A stretch of 24,000 bases of DNA from an uncultured Actinomycetota bacterium (GCA_963808365.1 CAWEFT010000002.1:375376-399375); one strand, 5' to 3'. Counted from the stretch's first letter, positions 1-7,742 are shown. The notes: a model not told the origin generated them from the letters alone. A program made the numbers and translations.

Positions 1-607
1 CCATCCAGGTGCCCCACAGGCCCACCGGGACGCTCACCCAGAACACAGCCCGCCAATCCCATTCGGACAGCAAGCCACCCACCACCAGGCCGATGAACGA
101 CCCGGCCAACGCCGCAACCTGGTTGACGCCCAGAGCGAATCCGCGCCGGTCCGGTGGGAAGGCGTCGGTGATGATGGCGGTCGAGTTGGCGGTCAGCATC
201 GCGCCGCCGATCCCCTGGATCACCCGAAGGGCGATCAACTCCATCGCGCCGGCACTACCCACGTTGGGGATCAGTGCGCAGGCGATGGAGCCGACGGTGA
301 AGATCAGGAAGCCGAGATTGAACAGTCTGGCGCGGCCGTATTGATCGCCCAGCCGGCCGAAGGTCACCACCAGCACCGCGGTGACCAGCAGGTAGCCCAT
401 CAGCAGCCACAGCAGGTACGAGATGTTCTGCGGTGCCAGGGGATTTAGCCCCAAGCCGGCGAAGATGGCTGGCAGCGAAATCATCAGGATCGACGAATTC
501 AGGGTGGCGGCCAGAATGCCGACCGTGGTGACCGAGAGCGCGACTCGACGCTGATGCGCCTCGGTGTGGTGATGCGCAGCGTCGTGTCGCGATGGGGCCA
601 GCGCCAT
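1..607 (-). CDS. MFS transporter, DHA2 (EmrB/QacA-like) family; N-terminal ~202 aa only, 3' end runs off the window
   Basis: Absent from the ORF track because it has no stop inside the window. The reverse complement from ATG at 607 reads MALAPSRHDAAHHHTEAHQRRVALSVTTVGILAATLNSSILMISLPAIFAGLGLNP...VVTFGRLGDQYGRARLFNLGFLIFTVGSIACAL...LRVIQGIGGAMLTANSTAIITDAFPPDRRGFALGVNQ, open to position 1. The GRLGDxYGR and QGxGGA motifs and the hydrophobic periodicity are typical of MFS. An AGGGA Shine-Dalgarno lies 8 nt upstream of the ATG. Confidence 0.85.
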   Translation of the reverse strand, partial: MALAPSRHDAAHHHTEAHQRRVALSVTTVGILAATLNSSILMISLPAIFAGLGLNPLAPQNISYLLWLLMGYLLVTAVLVVTFGRLGDQYGRARLFNLGFLIFTVGSIACALIPNVGSAGAMELIALRVIQGIGGAMLTANSTAIITDAFPPDRRGFALGVNQVAALAGSFIGLVVGGLLSEWDWRAVFWVSVPVGLWGTWM

Positions 608-624
608 GATGAGAGTCCCTTTCG

Positions 625-649
625 AAGTCGTTTCTCATGCTAACGACTT
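625..649. promoter_or_regulatory. Inverted repeat AAGTCGTT-N9-AACGACTT just upstream of the MFS start (candidate operator)
   Basis: Perfect 8-bp arms at 625..632 and 642..649 in a locally AT-rich patch, 18-42 nt upstream of the MFS ATG (607, minus strand). This position is typical of repressor-controlled efflux pump promoters. No cognate regulator is visible in the window. Confidence 0.3.
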
Positions 650-751
650 TGTTCTGGCAAGGAAAGCGGAATGGCGTGACGGAGGCCACCTCCGGTTAGC
701 GTTTGCGGCCTGACGTCGATCCCCGCGGGCGTGATCACCACGTTGCTGCGG

Positions 752-812
752 CACCGAGCCTGCCAAGGCTCGGTGGGCGAACCGGCAAACCGGCCGACCG
801 GTAGGGTTTTTT
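752..812 (+). promoter_or_regulatory. Structured element in the MFS/DDAH divergent intergenic region: 10-bp-stem hairpin plus small hairpin followed by a T6 run (possible leader/attenuator)
   Basis: CACCGAGCCT (752..761), loop GCCA, AGGCTCGGTG (766..775) form a perfect 10-bp stem. ACCGG (789..793), loop CCGA, CCGGT (798..802) follow, then AGGG and TTTTTT (807..812). No plus-strand gene ends upstream, so this is not an ordinary gene terminator. Confidence 0.25.
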
Positions 813-873
813 CACCCCGGCCCGTACCGATCGGTCCCGCCGGTTGACAGGCAGAAGTGGGAGCCCCGACGAC

Positions 874-1647
874 ATGAGCCTTCGCGCGCTGGTTCGCCGG
901 CCGTCCCAACGGTTGGCCGAAGGCCTGGTCACGCACATACAGCGGCGACCCGTGGACGTCACGCTGGCCGGTCGGCAGTGGCAGTCCTACGTCGACGCCC
1001 TGGCCGGGGCGGGGTGGTCGCCGATCGAGGTACCCGCGGCCCCGGACCACCCGGACAGCGTCTTCGTCGAGGACACCGCCGTGATGTTCGGGTCCCTCGC
1101 GGTGGTGACCAACCCGGCGGCCGACCAGCGTAACGGCGAGACAGCGGGGACCGCAGCCGCTCTGGCCGACCTGGGCTATCGGACGCTCCGCATGGCGGCC
1201 GGTTTCCTGGACGGCGGCGACATTCTCAAGGTCGGCCGAACCGTCTACGTCGGCCGCGGTGGTCGCACCGACGCCGCGGCGGTCGGGGAGCTGCGCACGC
1301 TGCTGGGCGGCGAGGGTTGGAACGTCATCGCGGTCCCGCTCACCAAGGTGCTGCACCTTAAATCAGCGGTGACCGCTCTCCCGGACGGGACGATCATCGG
1401 GTACCCGCCGCTGGTCGACGACCCGGCGTTCTTCCCGCATTTCCGGGCCATGCCCGAGGAAGGCGGCTCTCATGTCGTCGACCTGGGTCAGGGCCGGCTG
1501 CTGATGTCGTCGTCGGCGCCGCGCTCCGCCGACCTGCTGGCCCAGCTGGGCTTCGAGCCGGTCGTGGTGGACATCGGCGAGTACGAGAAGTTGGAAGGCT
1601 GCGTCACCTGCCTGTCCATTCGGCTCCGGGAGGGACCGGCGGCGTGA
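874..1647 (+). CDS. Dimethylarginine dimethylaminohydrolase (DDAH)-like enzyme, amidinotransferase/guanidino-group-modifying superfamily
   Basis: ORF 844..1647. It aligns by eye along its whole length with Pseudomonas DDAH: PDSVFVEDTAV, NGET, LDGGDILKVG, KVLHLKS (His) and the C-terminal EKLEGCVTCLSIRL (catalytic Cys). I prefer ATG 874 (GGGAG about 9 nt upstream) over TTG 844. The stop overlaps the dhaK start (GTGA, 1644..1647). Confidence 0.85.
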   Translation: MSLRALVRRPSQRLAEGLVTHIQRRPVDVTLAGRQWQSYVDALAGAGWSPIEVPAAPDHPDSVFVEDTAVMFGSLAVVTNPAADQRNGETAGTAAALADLGYRTLRMAAGFLDGGDILKVGRTVYVGRGGRTDAAAVGELRTLLGGEGWNVIAVPLTKVLHLKSAVTALPDGTIIGYPPLVDDPAFFPHFRAMPEEGGSHVVDLGQGRLLMSSSAPRSADLLAQLGFEPVVVDIGEYEKLEGCVTCLSIRLREGPAA

Positions 1648-2651
1648 AGAAGATCATCAACGATCCGTCCGCGGTCGTCCAGCAGTCCTTGGCGGGGTTC
1701 GCCGCCGCCCACGCCGACTTGGTCACGGTGAACGCCGACCCGCTGTTCGTCACTCGAGCCGGCGGCCCGGTGGCCGCCAAGGTGGCCGTTGTTTCCGGTG
1801 GCGGCAGCGGACACGAGCCGTTGCACGCGGGATTCGTGGGACGCGGCATGTTGGACGCGGCGGTGCCCGGCGCTGTTTTCACCTCGCCCACTCCCGATCA
1901 GATCGTGGCGGCGGCCCGGGCCGTGGACGCCGGCGCGGGCGTGCTGTTCCTGGTCAAGAACTACACCGGTGACGTGCTCAACTTCGAGATGGCGGCCGAG
2001 CTGCTGGGCGCGGACGACGTCCAGACGGCGACCGTCGTGATCGACGACGACGTGGCGGTCACCGACTCCACCTGGACGGCCGGCCGTCGCGGCGTCGGCG
2101 GGACGGTGATGGTCGAGAAGATTGTCGGCGCCGCGGCAGAGCAGGGAGCCCGACTGGCTGACCTGGCCACGCTGGGCACCAAAGTCAACGCCCGAGTCAG
2201 ATCCATGGGACTCGCCCTGTCCGGCGTCGTCGTCCCGCACGCCGGTACACCCTCCTTCGTGCTGGGCGACAACGAGATCGAACTCGGCATCGGTATTCAC
2301 GGCGAGCCCGGGCGCGAACGCCGGGAGATGGCCCGCGCCGACGAACTCGTCGCTCTCATGCTCGACGCGATCCTGGCCGACCTGCCCGTCGCGGCCGGAG
2401 AATCGACGCTGGTCATGGTGAACGGCATGGGCGGCACACCCCTGATAGAGCTGTACGTGGCTTTCGATTCGGCGCGGCGGTATTTGGGCGGCAGGTCGAT
2501 CCACGTGGTCAGGTCGTTGGTCGGCAACTACGTCACATCGCTGGAGATGCAGGGCATGTCGATCACAGTCCTGCGCCTGGACGACGAACTCACGAAGTGG
2601 TGGGATGCTCCGGCCGATACCCCAGCGCTGCGAACCCGGGAGAAACAATGA
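1644..2651 (+). CDS. dhaK: Dihydroxyacetone kinase, DhaK (substrate-binding) subunit
   Basis: MKKIINDPSAVVQQSLAGFAAAH...VSGGGSGHEPLHAGFVG...FTSPTPDQ...LVKNYTGDVLNFEMA...VVIDDDVAV...TAGRRGV...GIGIHGEPG is near-collinear with E. coli DhaK. GTG start at 1644; ATGA overlap with dhaL. Confidence 0.95.
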   Translation: MKKIINDPSAVVQQSLAGFAAAHADLVTVNADPLFVTRAGGPVAAKVAVVSGGGSGHEPLHAGFVGRGMLDAAVPGAVFTSPTPDQIVAAARAVDAGAGVLFLVKNYTGDVLNFEMAAELLGADDVQTATVVIDDDVAVTDSTWTAGRRGVGGTVMVEKIVGAAAEQGARLADLATLGTKVNARVRSMGLALSGVVVPHAGTPSFVLGDNEIELGIGIHGEPGRERREMARADELVALMLDAILADLPVAAGESTLVMVNGMGGTPLIELYVAFDSARRYLGGRSIHVVRSLVGNYVTSLEMQGMSITVLRLDDELTKWWDAPADTPALRTREKQ

Positions 2652-3295
2652 GCGACACCTGCGACGCGAACAGCGTTGTCACCGCGATGATGGCCGCCGC
2701 GGGCGTCATCGAGGCGCACCGCACCGAACTCACCGCTCTGGACCAGGAGATCGGCGACGGCGATCACGGCGAGAATCTCGGGCGCGGATTTTCCGCCGTC
2801 GTCAGCAAACTGGACGCCGCGCCCGGGGACAGCCCCGGAGCCATACTGAAACTCGTGGCCAGCACTTTGATCTCGACGGTGGGTGGCGCCTCAGGTCCCT
2901 TGTTCGGGACGGCCTTCCTGCGCGCCGCGACCAGCGTCGGGGACGGTGAACTGGGGCCGTCGGAGATCGCCAAAGCACTGGTCGCCGCGCGCGAAGGCGT
3001 CACGGCCCGAGGCAAGGCGGAAGTCGGGGAGAAGACGATGGTCGACGCGCTGTGGCCGGCGGCCGATGCCGCCACCTCGGCGGCGGAGGCCGGCGAAGGC
3101 GTGGCCGCGGTGTTGGCGGCTTCCGCCGACGCCGCAGAAGCCGGAGCGCAATCCACCATTCCCCTGCAGGCCCACAAAGGTCGGGCCTCTTATCTCGGCG
3201 AGCGGTCGATCGGCCACATCGACCCGGGAGCGCAGAGCACGGCGTATCTGCTCCGGGCGTTGGCCGACGCGGCGGCGGGACGAGCCAACTCGTGA
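2648..3295 (+). CDS. dhaL: Dihydroxyacetone kinase, DhaL (ADP-binding) subunit
   Basis: From ATG 2648 the product reads MSDTCDANSVV...LDQEIGDGDHGENLGRGF...VGGASGPLFGTAFLRAA...RGKAEVGEKTMVDALWP...AHKGRASYLGERSIGHIDPGA, matching the DhaL signature motifs. The longer ORF-track start (2597) lies inside dhaK. Confidence 0.95.
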   Translation: MSDTCDANSVVTAMMAAAGVIEAHRTELTALDQEIGDGDHGENLGRGFSAVVSKLDAAPGDSPGAILKLVASTLISTVGGASGPLFGTAFLRAATSVGDGELGPSEIAKALVAAREGVTARGKAEVGEKTMVDALWPAADAATSAAEAGEGVAAVLAASADAAEAGAQSTIPLQAHKGRASYLGERSIGHIDPGAQSTAYLLRALADAAAGRANS

Positions 3296-5700
3296 CCGTC
3301 GGGCTGGTTCTGGTCTCCCACAGCGCGGCGTTGGCGGCTGGGGTGGCGGAACTGGCCGGGCAAATGGCCCCGGATGTGGCTATCGCCCCCGCGGGCGGCG
3401 ACGGCGACGGTGGCCTGGGCACCTCGTTCGACGTGATCAGCCGAGCCGTCGCGCAGGCGTGCGGGCCGGACGGCGCCGTCCTGCTCTACGATCTCGGCAG
3501 CGCGCTGCTGACCGCCGAAACGGTCCTCGAATTCGCGGAACCCGATGTGGCGGAGAAGATTCGGCTGGTCGATGCGCCGCTGGTGGAAGGAGCGGTGGCC
3601 GCCGCGGTGGCCGCTCAAAGCGGCGGTGATCTGCGCACCGTCGAGCTAGCGGCCCGCTCCGCCGGGGCCACCACGACAGAAAGTGGTTCAGGCGGTGAGG
3701 CCACCCTCGGGGCGGAATCCGAAGAGCCGCCCATCGCCGTACTGGCCGACGTGGTCAACGAAAACGGGCTGCACGCCCGGCCGGTGGCCGCCCTGGCTCG
3801 AGCCGTCGACGGGCTGCACGCCCAGGTGCGCATCGGCCGGCCCGGGGGCCCGGCGGTGCCGCTGTCCAACGTGCTGCGGGTCGTCGCCCTGGCGGTACGC
3901 GGCGGCGAGCGGATCGAGATCTCGGCCACCGGCCCGGATGCCGCCGGCGCGGTCCGGGTGCTGACCGAGACGGTCGGCTCCGGCTTCGGTGAGGCCGAGC
4001 ACGCTGGCAACCGCATTGCCGCGACCAGGATGGGAGCGATTCCGGCGCGGCTGGGCAACGCGGCCATGTCCAGGCTCGTCCCGTCCGCGCTGGTGAACGG
4101 CACGCTGATCGCCCAGCCCGGGTCGCCCGGCCTGGCGGTGGGTCCGCTGGTCCTCCTGGACCGCGCGCCGCTGCACCTGCCGGACCCGGCCAACGGCCAT
4201 GCCGAGCTGGACGATCCGCTCGGAAGCCTGCTCCAAGCCATCGAACGGGCTCGGCGAAAGCTGCTGACCGGCAACCAGTTCGAGATTGCCCACGCCGCCC
4301 TGATCGCCGACCCGGAGCTCAGCGAAGCGGCCGGCGCCCAGGTCCGCGCCGGCGTCGGCGCCGCGCAGGCTTGGTGGTCGGCGGTTACCGAACGGGCCGA
4401 TGAACTGGCCGCCGAACCGGATGAACTGGTCGCCGCGCGCGCTGTGGACCTGCGAGAGGCCGGCGGCACGGTGCTGACCCAGCTCGGCGTCTGGGTCGAC
4501 CGGATCCCGGCCGACCTGCGATCCGGCATCGTCGTCGCCGACGACCTCGGGCCCGGCGAGGTGCCGGTCCTTCTCGACCGGGGCGCCGGTGGCGTGGTGC
4601 TGACCCGGAGCTCGCCCACTGCCCACGCGGTCATCGTGGCGCGCGGCCTGGGACTTCCGATGGTGCTTCGGGCCGGCGACGAGCTGGCGCGCCGGGATCC
4701 CGGCACGCTGTTGATCCTGGACGGTGACGCCGGCACCATCGCGATCGACCCGTCGCCCCGCGAACTGGAATACGCCCGCGAGAAGGTGCAAGCCCGTCAG
4801 GCCGCCGACCGGCAGCGGTTGGCCGAGGCGGCGGAGGAAGTGGTGCTGCCCGACGGGCGTCACCTGCACGTGTTGGCCAACGTCGGGTCGGTGGCGGACG
4901 CCCGCAAGGCGGTCGCGTCCGGCGCCGACGGCATCGGACTGCTCCGCACCGAATTGCTGTTGCTGGATCGGGACGTGTACCCCGACGAAGCCACCCAGGT
5001 CGCCGACTTGCGGGCCATCTTCGAGATTCTGGGCGACCGCCCCATCGTCGTTCGGGTGCTCGACGCCGGAGGCGATAAGCCCGTCACCGCCCTGAATCTG
5101 GACGCTCAGCGGAACGGGTTCCTGGGACTGCGCGGACTGCGCTATCTGCTGGCCCACCCTGATTTGCTGCAAATGCAGTTGCGCGCGATCGGGCAGGCGG
5201 CGGTGGGGCACCACGTGTCGGTGATGGCGCCGATGGTCAGCCTGGCCGCGGAGGCGCGGGCCTTCCGCGAAGCGGTAGGCGAGGCGATGGCCAGCCTGGT
5301 TGCCGATCAGCTGGTGTTCGCCTCGCCCGAGCGGGTCGGCGTGATGATCGAGGTGCCCTCCGCCGCGCTGGCCGCGGACGAGCTCTGCCAGTTCGCCGAT
5401 TTTCTTTCCGTCGGCACCAACGATCTGGCCAGCTACACCATGGCGGCCGACCGCACCGACCCGGCGGTCGCCGACCTCCTCGACCCGCACGCGACCGCGA
5501 TCAGCCGACTTTTGGACCAGCTCTGTCAGCAAGCAAACGCGGCGGGGGTGCCGGTGGCCGTCTGCGGCGAGATCGCGGGCATGCCGGAGTTCGTGCCCGG
5601 CCTGGTGGAGCGGGGCGTCGCGGAGCTGTCGGTCGCGCCGGTGCTGGTCCCGGCGGTGAAGCAGCTGCTGCGTTCTCTCGATCCGCCCGCGGAGCCCTGA
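3292..5700 (+). CDS. dhaM: PTS-dependent DHA kinase phosphotransferase subunit DhaM fused to HPr-like and full-length Enzyme I domains (EIIA-Man-like / HPr / EI multiphosphoryl transfer protein, 802 aa)
   Basis: GTG 3292 overlaps the dhaL stop (GTGA). The N-terminal domain VGLVLVSHSAALAAG...LGTSF...LLYDLGSALL is the EIIA-Man/DhaM type (His10, 3319..3321). NENGLHARPVAAL is the HPr-type His motif (His161, 3772..3774). SSPTAHAVIVARGLGLP is the EI phosphohistidine (His445, 4624..4626). LLRTELL, VRVLDAGGDKP, MIEVPSAA, SVGTNDLASYTMAADR and AVCGEIAG are motifs of the EI PEP-binding C-terminal domain. The first 80 codons of the ORF-track call (3052) lie inside dhaL and are Arg/Gly-rich junk. Confidence 0.9.
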   Translation: MTVGLVLVSHSAALAAGVAELAGQMAPDVAIAPAGGDGDGGLGTSFDVISRAVAQACGPDGAVLLYDLGSALLTAETVLEFAEPDVAEKIRLVDAPLVEGAVAAAVAAQSGGDLRTVELAARSAGATTTESGSGGEATLGAESEEPPIAVLADVVNENGLHARPVAALARAVDGLHAQVRIGRPGGPAVPLSNVLRVVALAVRGGERIEISATGPDAAGAVRVLTETVGSGFGEAEHAGNRIAATRMGAIPARLGNAAMSRLVPSALVNGTLIAQPGSPGLAVGPLVLLDRAPLHLPDPANGHAELDDPLGSLLQAIERARRKLLTGNQFEIAHAALIADPELSEAAGAQVRAGVGAAQAWWSAVTERADELAAEPDELVAARAVDLREAGGTVLTQLGVWVDRIPADLRSGIVVADDLGPGEVPVLLDRGAGGVVLTRSSPTAHAVIVARGLGLPMVLRAGDELARRDPGTLLILDGDAGTIAIDPSPRELEYAREKVQARQAADRQRLAEAAEEVVLPDGRHLHVLANVGSVADARKAVASGADGIGLLRTELLLLDRDVYPDEATQVADLRAIFEILGDRPIVVRVLDAGGDKPVTALNLDAQRNGFLGLRGLRYLLAHPDLLQMQLRAIGQAAVGHHVSVMAPMVSLAAEARAFREAVGEAMASLVADQLVFASPERVGVMIEVPSAALAADELCQFADFLSVGTNDLASYTMAADRTDPAVADLLDPHATAISRLLDQLCQQANAAGVPVAVCGEIAGMPEFVPGLVERGVAELSVAPVLVPAVKQLLRSLDPPAEP

Positions 5701-5707
5701 TCCGGCG

Positions 5708-6556
5708 GTGCCGATCGGCATTCTGGCCGTCGTGCTCGCGGCCGCGCTGCTGCATGTGTCGTGGAACAGTCTGGTCAAGACGGCCCCGGACGGCTTCTTG
5801 GCCGCGGTGCTGATCGCCGCCGGTGGGGCGGTGGTCAGCGTGTTGGCGCTTCCTTTCCTGCCGCCCATCGCGCCGGGCGCGTGGTGCAACGTGGCCGGAT
5901 CCGTGATCGCGCAGTCGATCTACTACCCGTTGGTGGCCGCCACGTACCGGGCGGGCGACATGAGCCACACCTATCCGGTGATGCGGGGGACAGCGCCGAT
6001 GCTCGTCGCCCTGGTCAGCGTGCTGGTGCTCGGTGAGCCGCTGACCGCCGGGGAATGGGTGGGCGTCGGGCTGATCTGCGCGGGGATCTGGGCCATCGGT
6101 TCCGTGGGACTGTTCGGCCGGTCGGCGGCGAGATCCGGCCGGGCCACCGGCTTGGCCCTGCTCACGGCGGTCGTCATCGCCGGCTACACGCTGATCGACG
6201 GGGCCGGGGTTCGCCGTTCCGGTTCGCCGGCCGCATACACCGGGTGGATCTTCCTGTTCACGGCGGTCCCGCTGGTCACCTTCGCGGTGTGGCGGCGCCG
6301 GTCGGATCTCACGGCGGAGTTCCGCCACCGGTGGTGGGTCGGCTTGGCGGGTGGGGCGGCCAGCGTCGGGGCGTATGGCCTGGTGCTCTGGGCCATGACC
6401 AAGGCCCCGGTCGCCGTGGTGGCTGCTCTCCGGGAAACGTCAATCGTGTTCGCCACCCTGTTCGCGGTGGTGGTCTTGAAGGAGGCCACCGGGCGGGCTC
6501 GGGTCCTCGGCACCCTGCTCATCGCCGCGGGCGCTGTGGCCATCCGGCTGGCCTGA
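5708..6556 (+). CDS. DMT superfamily (EamA-like) membrane transporter
   Basis: The 282-aa product is almost entirely hydrophobic, with about 10 predicted TM segments in a two-fold EamA-like arrangement (N-terminal LLHVSWNSLVK; LRETSIVFATLFAVVVLKE near the C-terminus). GTG start lies 7 nt after the dhaM stop, so it is probably co-transcribed. Confidence 0.8.
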   Translation: MPIGILAVVLAAALLHVSWNSLVKTAPDGFLAAVLIAAGGAVVSVLALPFLPPIAPGAWCNVAGSVIAQSIYYPLVAATYRAGDMSHTYPVMRGTAPMLVALVSVLVLGEPLTAGEWVGVGLICAGIWAIGSVGLFGRSAARSGRATGLALLTAVVIAGYTLIDGAGVRRSGSPAAYTGWIFLFTAVPLVTFAVWRRRSDLTAEFRHRWWVGLAGGAASVGAYGLVLWAMTKAPVAVVAALRETSIVFATLFAVVVLKEATGRARVLGTLLIAAGAVAIRLA

Positions 6557-6674
6557 GAGTTCGCGCTTCGCGAGCCCGGGTGCGTTCCTGAGCGGGAATG
6601 TGCCGTTCCGGTGTCTTTTCCGCCGATCGCCGGCGTCCGAGCAGCATGACCGGGTCCGACGAGATGGGTCCAGC

Positions 6675-7514
6675 GTGCTGACCGCGCTCTCCGGGGCCGC
6701 CGCGCTGATGTACGGGGTGAGCGACTTCCTGTCCGGTTACGCGTCGCGGCGGCTGCCGTCGGTAGTCAACGTGGCCCGGAACGAGGTGGCGGGCGCTGCT
6801 CTGTTGCTGGTGCTCCTGCCTTTTCTGCCTTTCCGGCTGTCGCTGGCCGGTGTGAGCTGGGCCGTTCTGGCCGGGCTGGCCGGCACCGGGGCGTCATGGC
6901 TGATGTTCCGGCTGATGGCCGTGCAGCCGCTCTCGGTCATCTGCCCGATGATCGCGGTGATGGCCGCGGCCGAACCCGCCGCGGTGGCCATGTGCAGCGG
7001 CGAGCGGCTCCGCTTCGTCTCCGCACTCGGCGTGGCGGCTGGTCTGCTGGCGGTCGCCCTTCTGGGTATGCCGGGACATTCCCCGACGTCCGGTCGTCCG
7101 GTTTCGCCGCGAGTGCTCGCGTGGGCCGCCATGGTGGGGGCCGGGTTCGGTGCCTACTTCGTGCTGTTGGCCCGGGCCGGGGGCGCGAACGCCGGCGTCG
7201 GCCCCGCTCTCGTGGCCAAGTTGAGCTCGGTGGCGCTGGTGTGGCCGATCGCCCTGATCGGTCGTCCTCGACAGGTGGGTGGGAGCGGTCTCTGGTGGCT
7301 GACGAGCGTGGCCGGCTGCACCGACGCGGTCGGCGATCTCTCGTTCTCGGTGGCGGCCGGCGGGATCGGGCTGGCCATCAGCGGGGTGGTGGCCGCCATG
7401 GCGCCTGCGGCGACGGCGCTGCTGGCGCTGGTGCTCCTGCGCGAACGGATGGGTTGGCGTGGCGGCGTTGGGTTGGGGCTGTCCTCGGTGGCTCTGGGGC
7501 TGCTGTCGTCCTGA
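6675..7514 (+). CDS. DMT superfamily (EamA-like) membrane transporter
   Basis: ORF 6600..7514. The product is hydrophobic throughout, and SGAAALMYGVSDFLSGYASRRLPS is a typical EamA N-terminus. I prefer in-frame GTG 6675, because the 25 residues upstream (PFRCLFRRSPASEQHDRVRRDGSS) are non-membrane and Arg-rich. The start is uncertain. Confidence 0.7.
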   Translation: MLTALSGAAALMYGVSDFLSGYASRRLPSVVNVARNEVAGAALLLVLLPFLPFRLSLAGVSWAVLAGLAGTGASWLMFRLMAVQPLSVICPMIAVMAAAEPAAVAMCSGERLRFVSALGVAAGLLAVALLGMPGHSPTSGRPVSPRVLAWAAMVGAGFGAYFVLLARAGGANAGVGPALVAKLSSVALVWPIALIGRPRQVGGSGLWWLTSVAGCTDAVGDLSFSVAAGGIGLAISGVVAAMAPAATALLALVLLRERMGWRGGVGLGLSSVALGLLSS

Positions 7515-7534
7515 CTACTTGGCGATCTCCCAGA

Positions 7535-7742
7535 CGGGTCAATCAGCTCCGGAGCCTGCCGGGCGTCGAGCAGATTGATCAGGATGGGTCCGAAACGAAA
7601 GACGGCGGAAGCGGAATCCTCGAACTCCACCGACAGGTTGAAGGCCTGTTCGTATAAGGCACGGGTGGCCGGCCAGGTCCTCGGCGAACAGCGTGATGGC
7701 GCTGATCGCTCCGGGGCGAAATCCGGGGGCGGGCTCGGTCAT
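7535..7742 (-). pseudogene. VOC/glyoxalase-family gene remnant (frameshifted and 3'-truncated)
   Basis: From ATG 7742 the frame reads MTEPAPGFRPGAISAITLFAEDLA and then turns into Arg-rich nonsense, ending at a stop at 7539. Shifting frame at the GGCCGGCC run (7667..7674) restores ATRALYEQAFNLSVEFEDSASAVFRFGPILINLLDARQAPELIDP, a typical N-terminal half of a VOC domain. Beyond 7535 that frame only reads antisense of the DMT gene, and no second beta-alpha-beta-beta-beta half is present. Confidence 0.5.

Noticed and set aside
844-849. Perfect TTGACA hexamer (and TTG ORF-track start) upstream of the DDAH-like gene as a -35 element
   Set aside because: The sequence 17 nt downstream (CGACGA) is not -10-like, so I cannot support a promoter call. 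ATG 874 with a GGGAG RBS is the better start.
608-873. Guanidine riboswitch (ykkC, mini-ykkC, ykkC-III) upstream of the guanidino-modifying enzyme gene
   Set aside because: This was attractive given the DDAH-like gene. I could not find the conserved ACGR tetraloop hairpin pair, the GGGA/ACGG core segments or the guanidine-III pseudoknot sequence by eye. It needs a covariance-model scan before any claim.
3688-5889. Very long antisense ORFs in the six-frame track: 3688..5889 minus (733 aa), 1488..2648 minus (386 aa), 3615..4739 minus, 7988..9157 minus, 13198..14352 minus, 14224..15291 plus, 18075..19325 minus, 10908..11846 plus and others
   Set aside because: All lie opposite or out of frame to genes with unambiguous family signatures (dhaK, dhaM, LLM, coaBC, ABC exporter, ftsX, cpaF). 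Their products are Arg/Gly/Pro/Ala-rich low-complexity strings. These are typical shadow ORFs in stop-codon-poor high-GC DNA.
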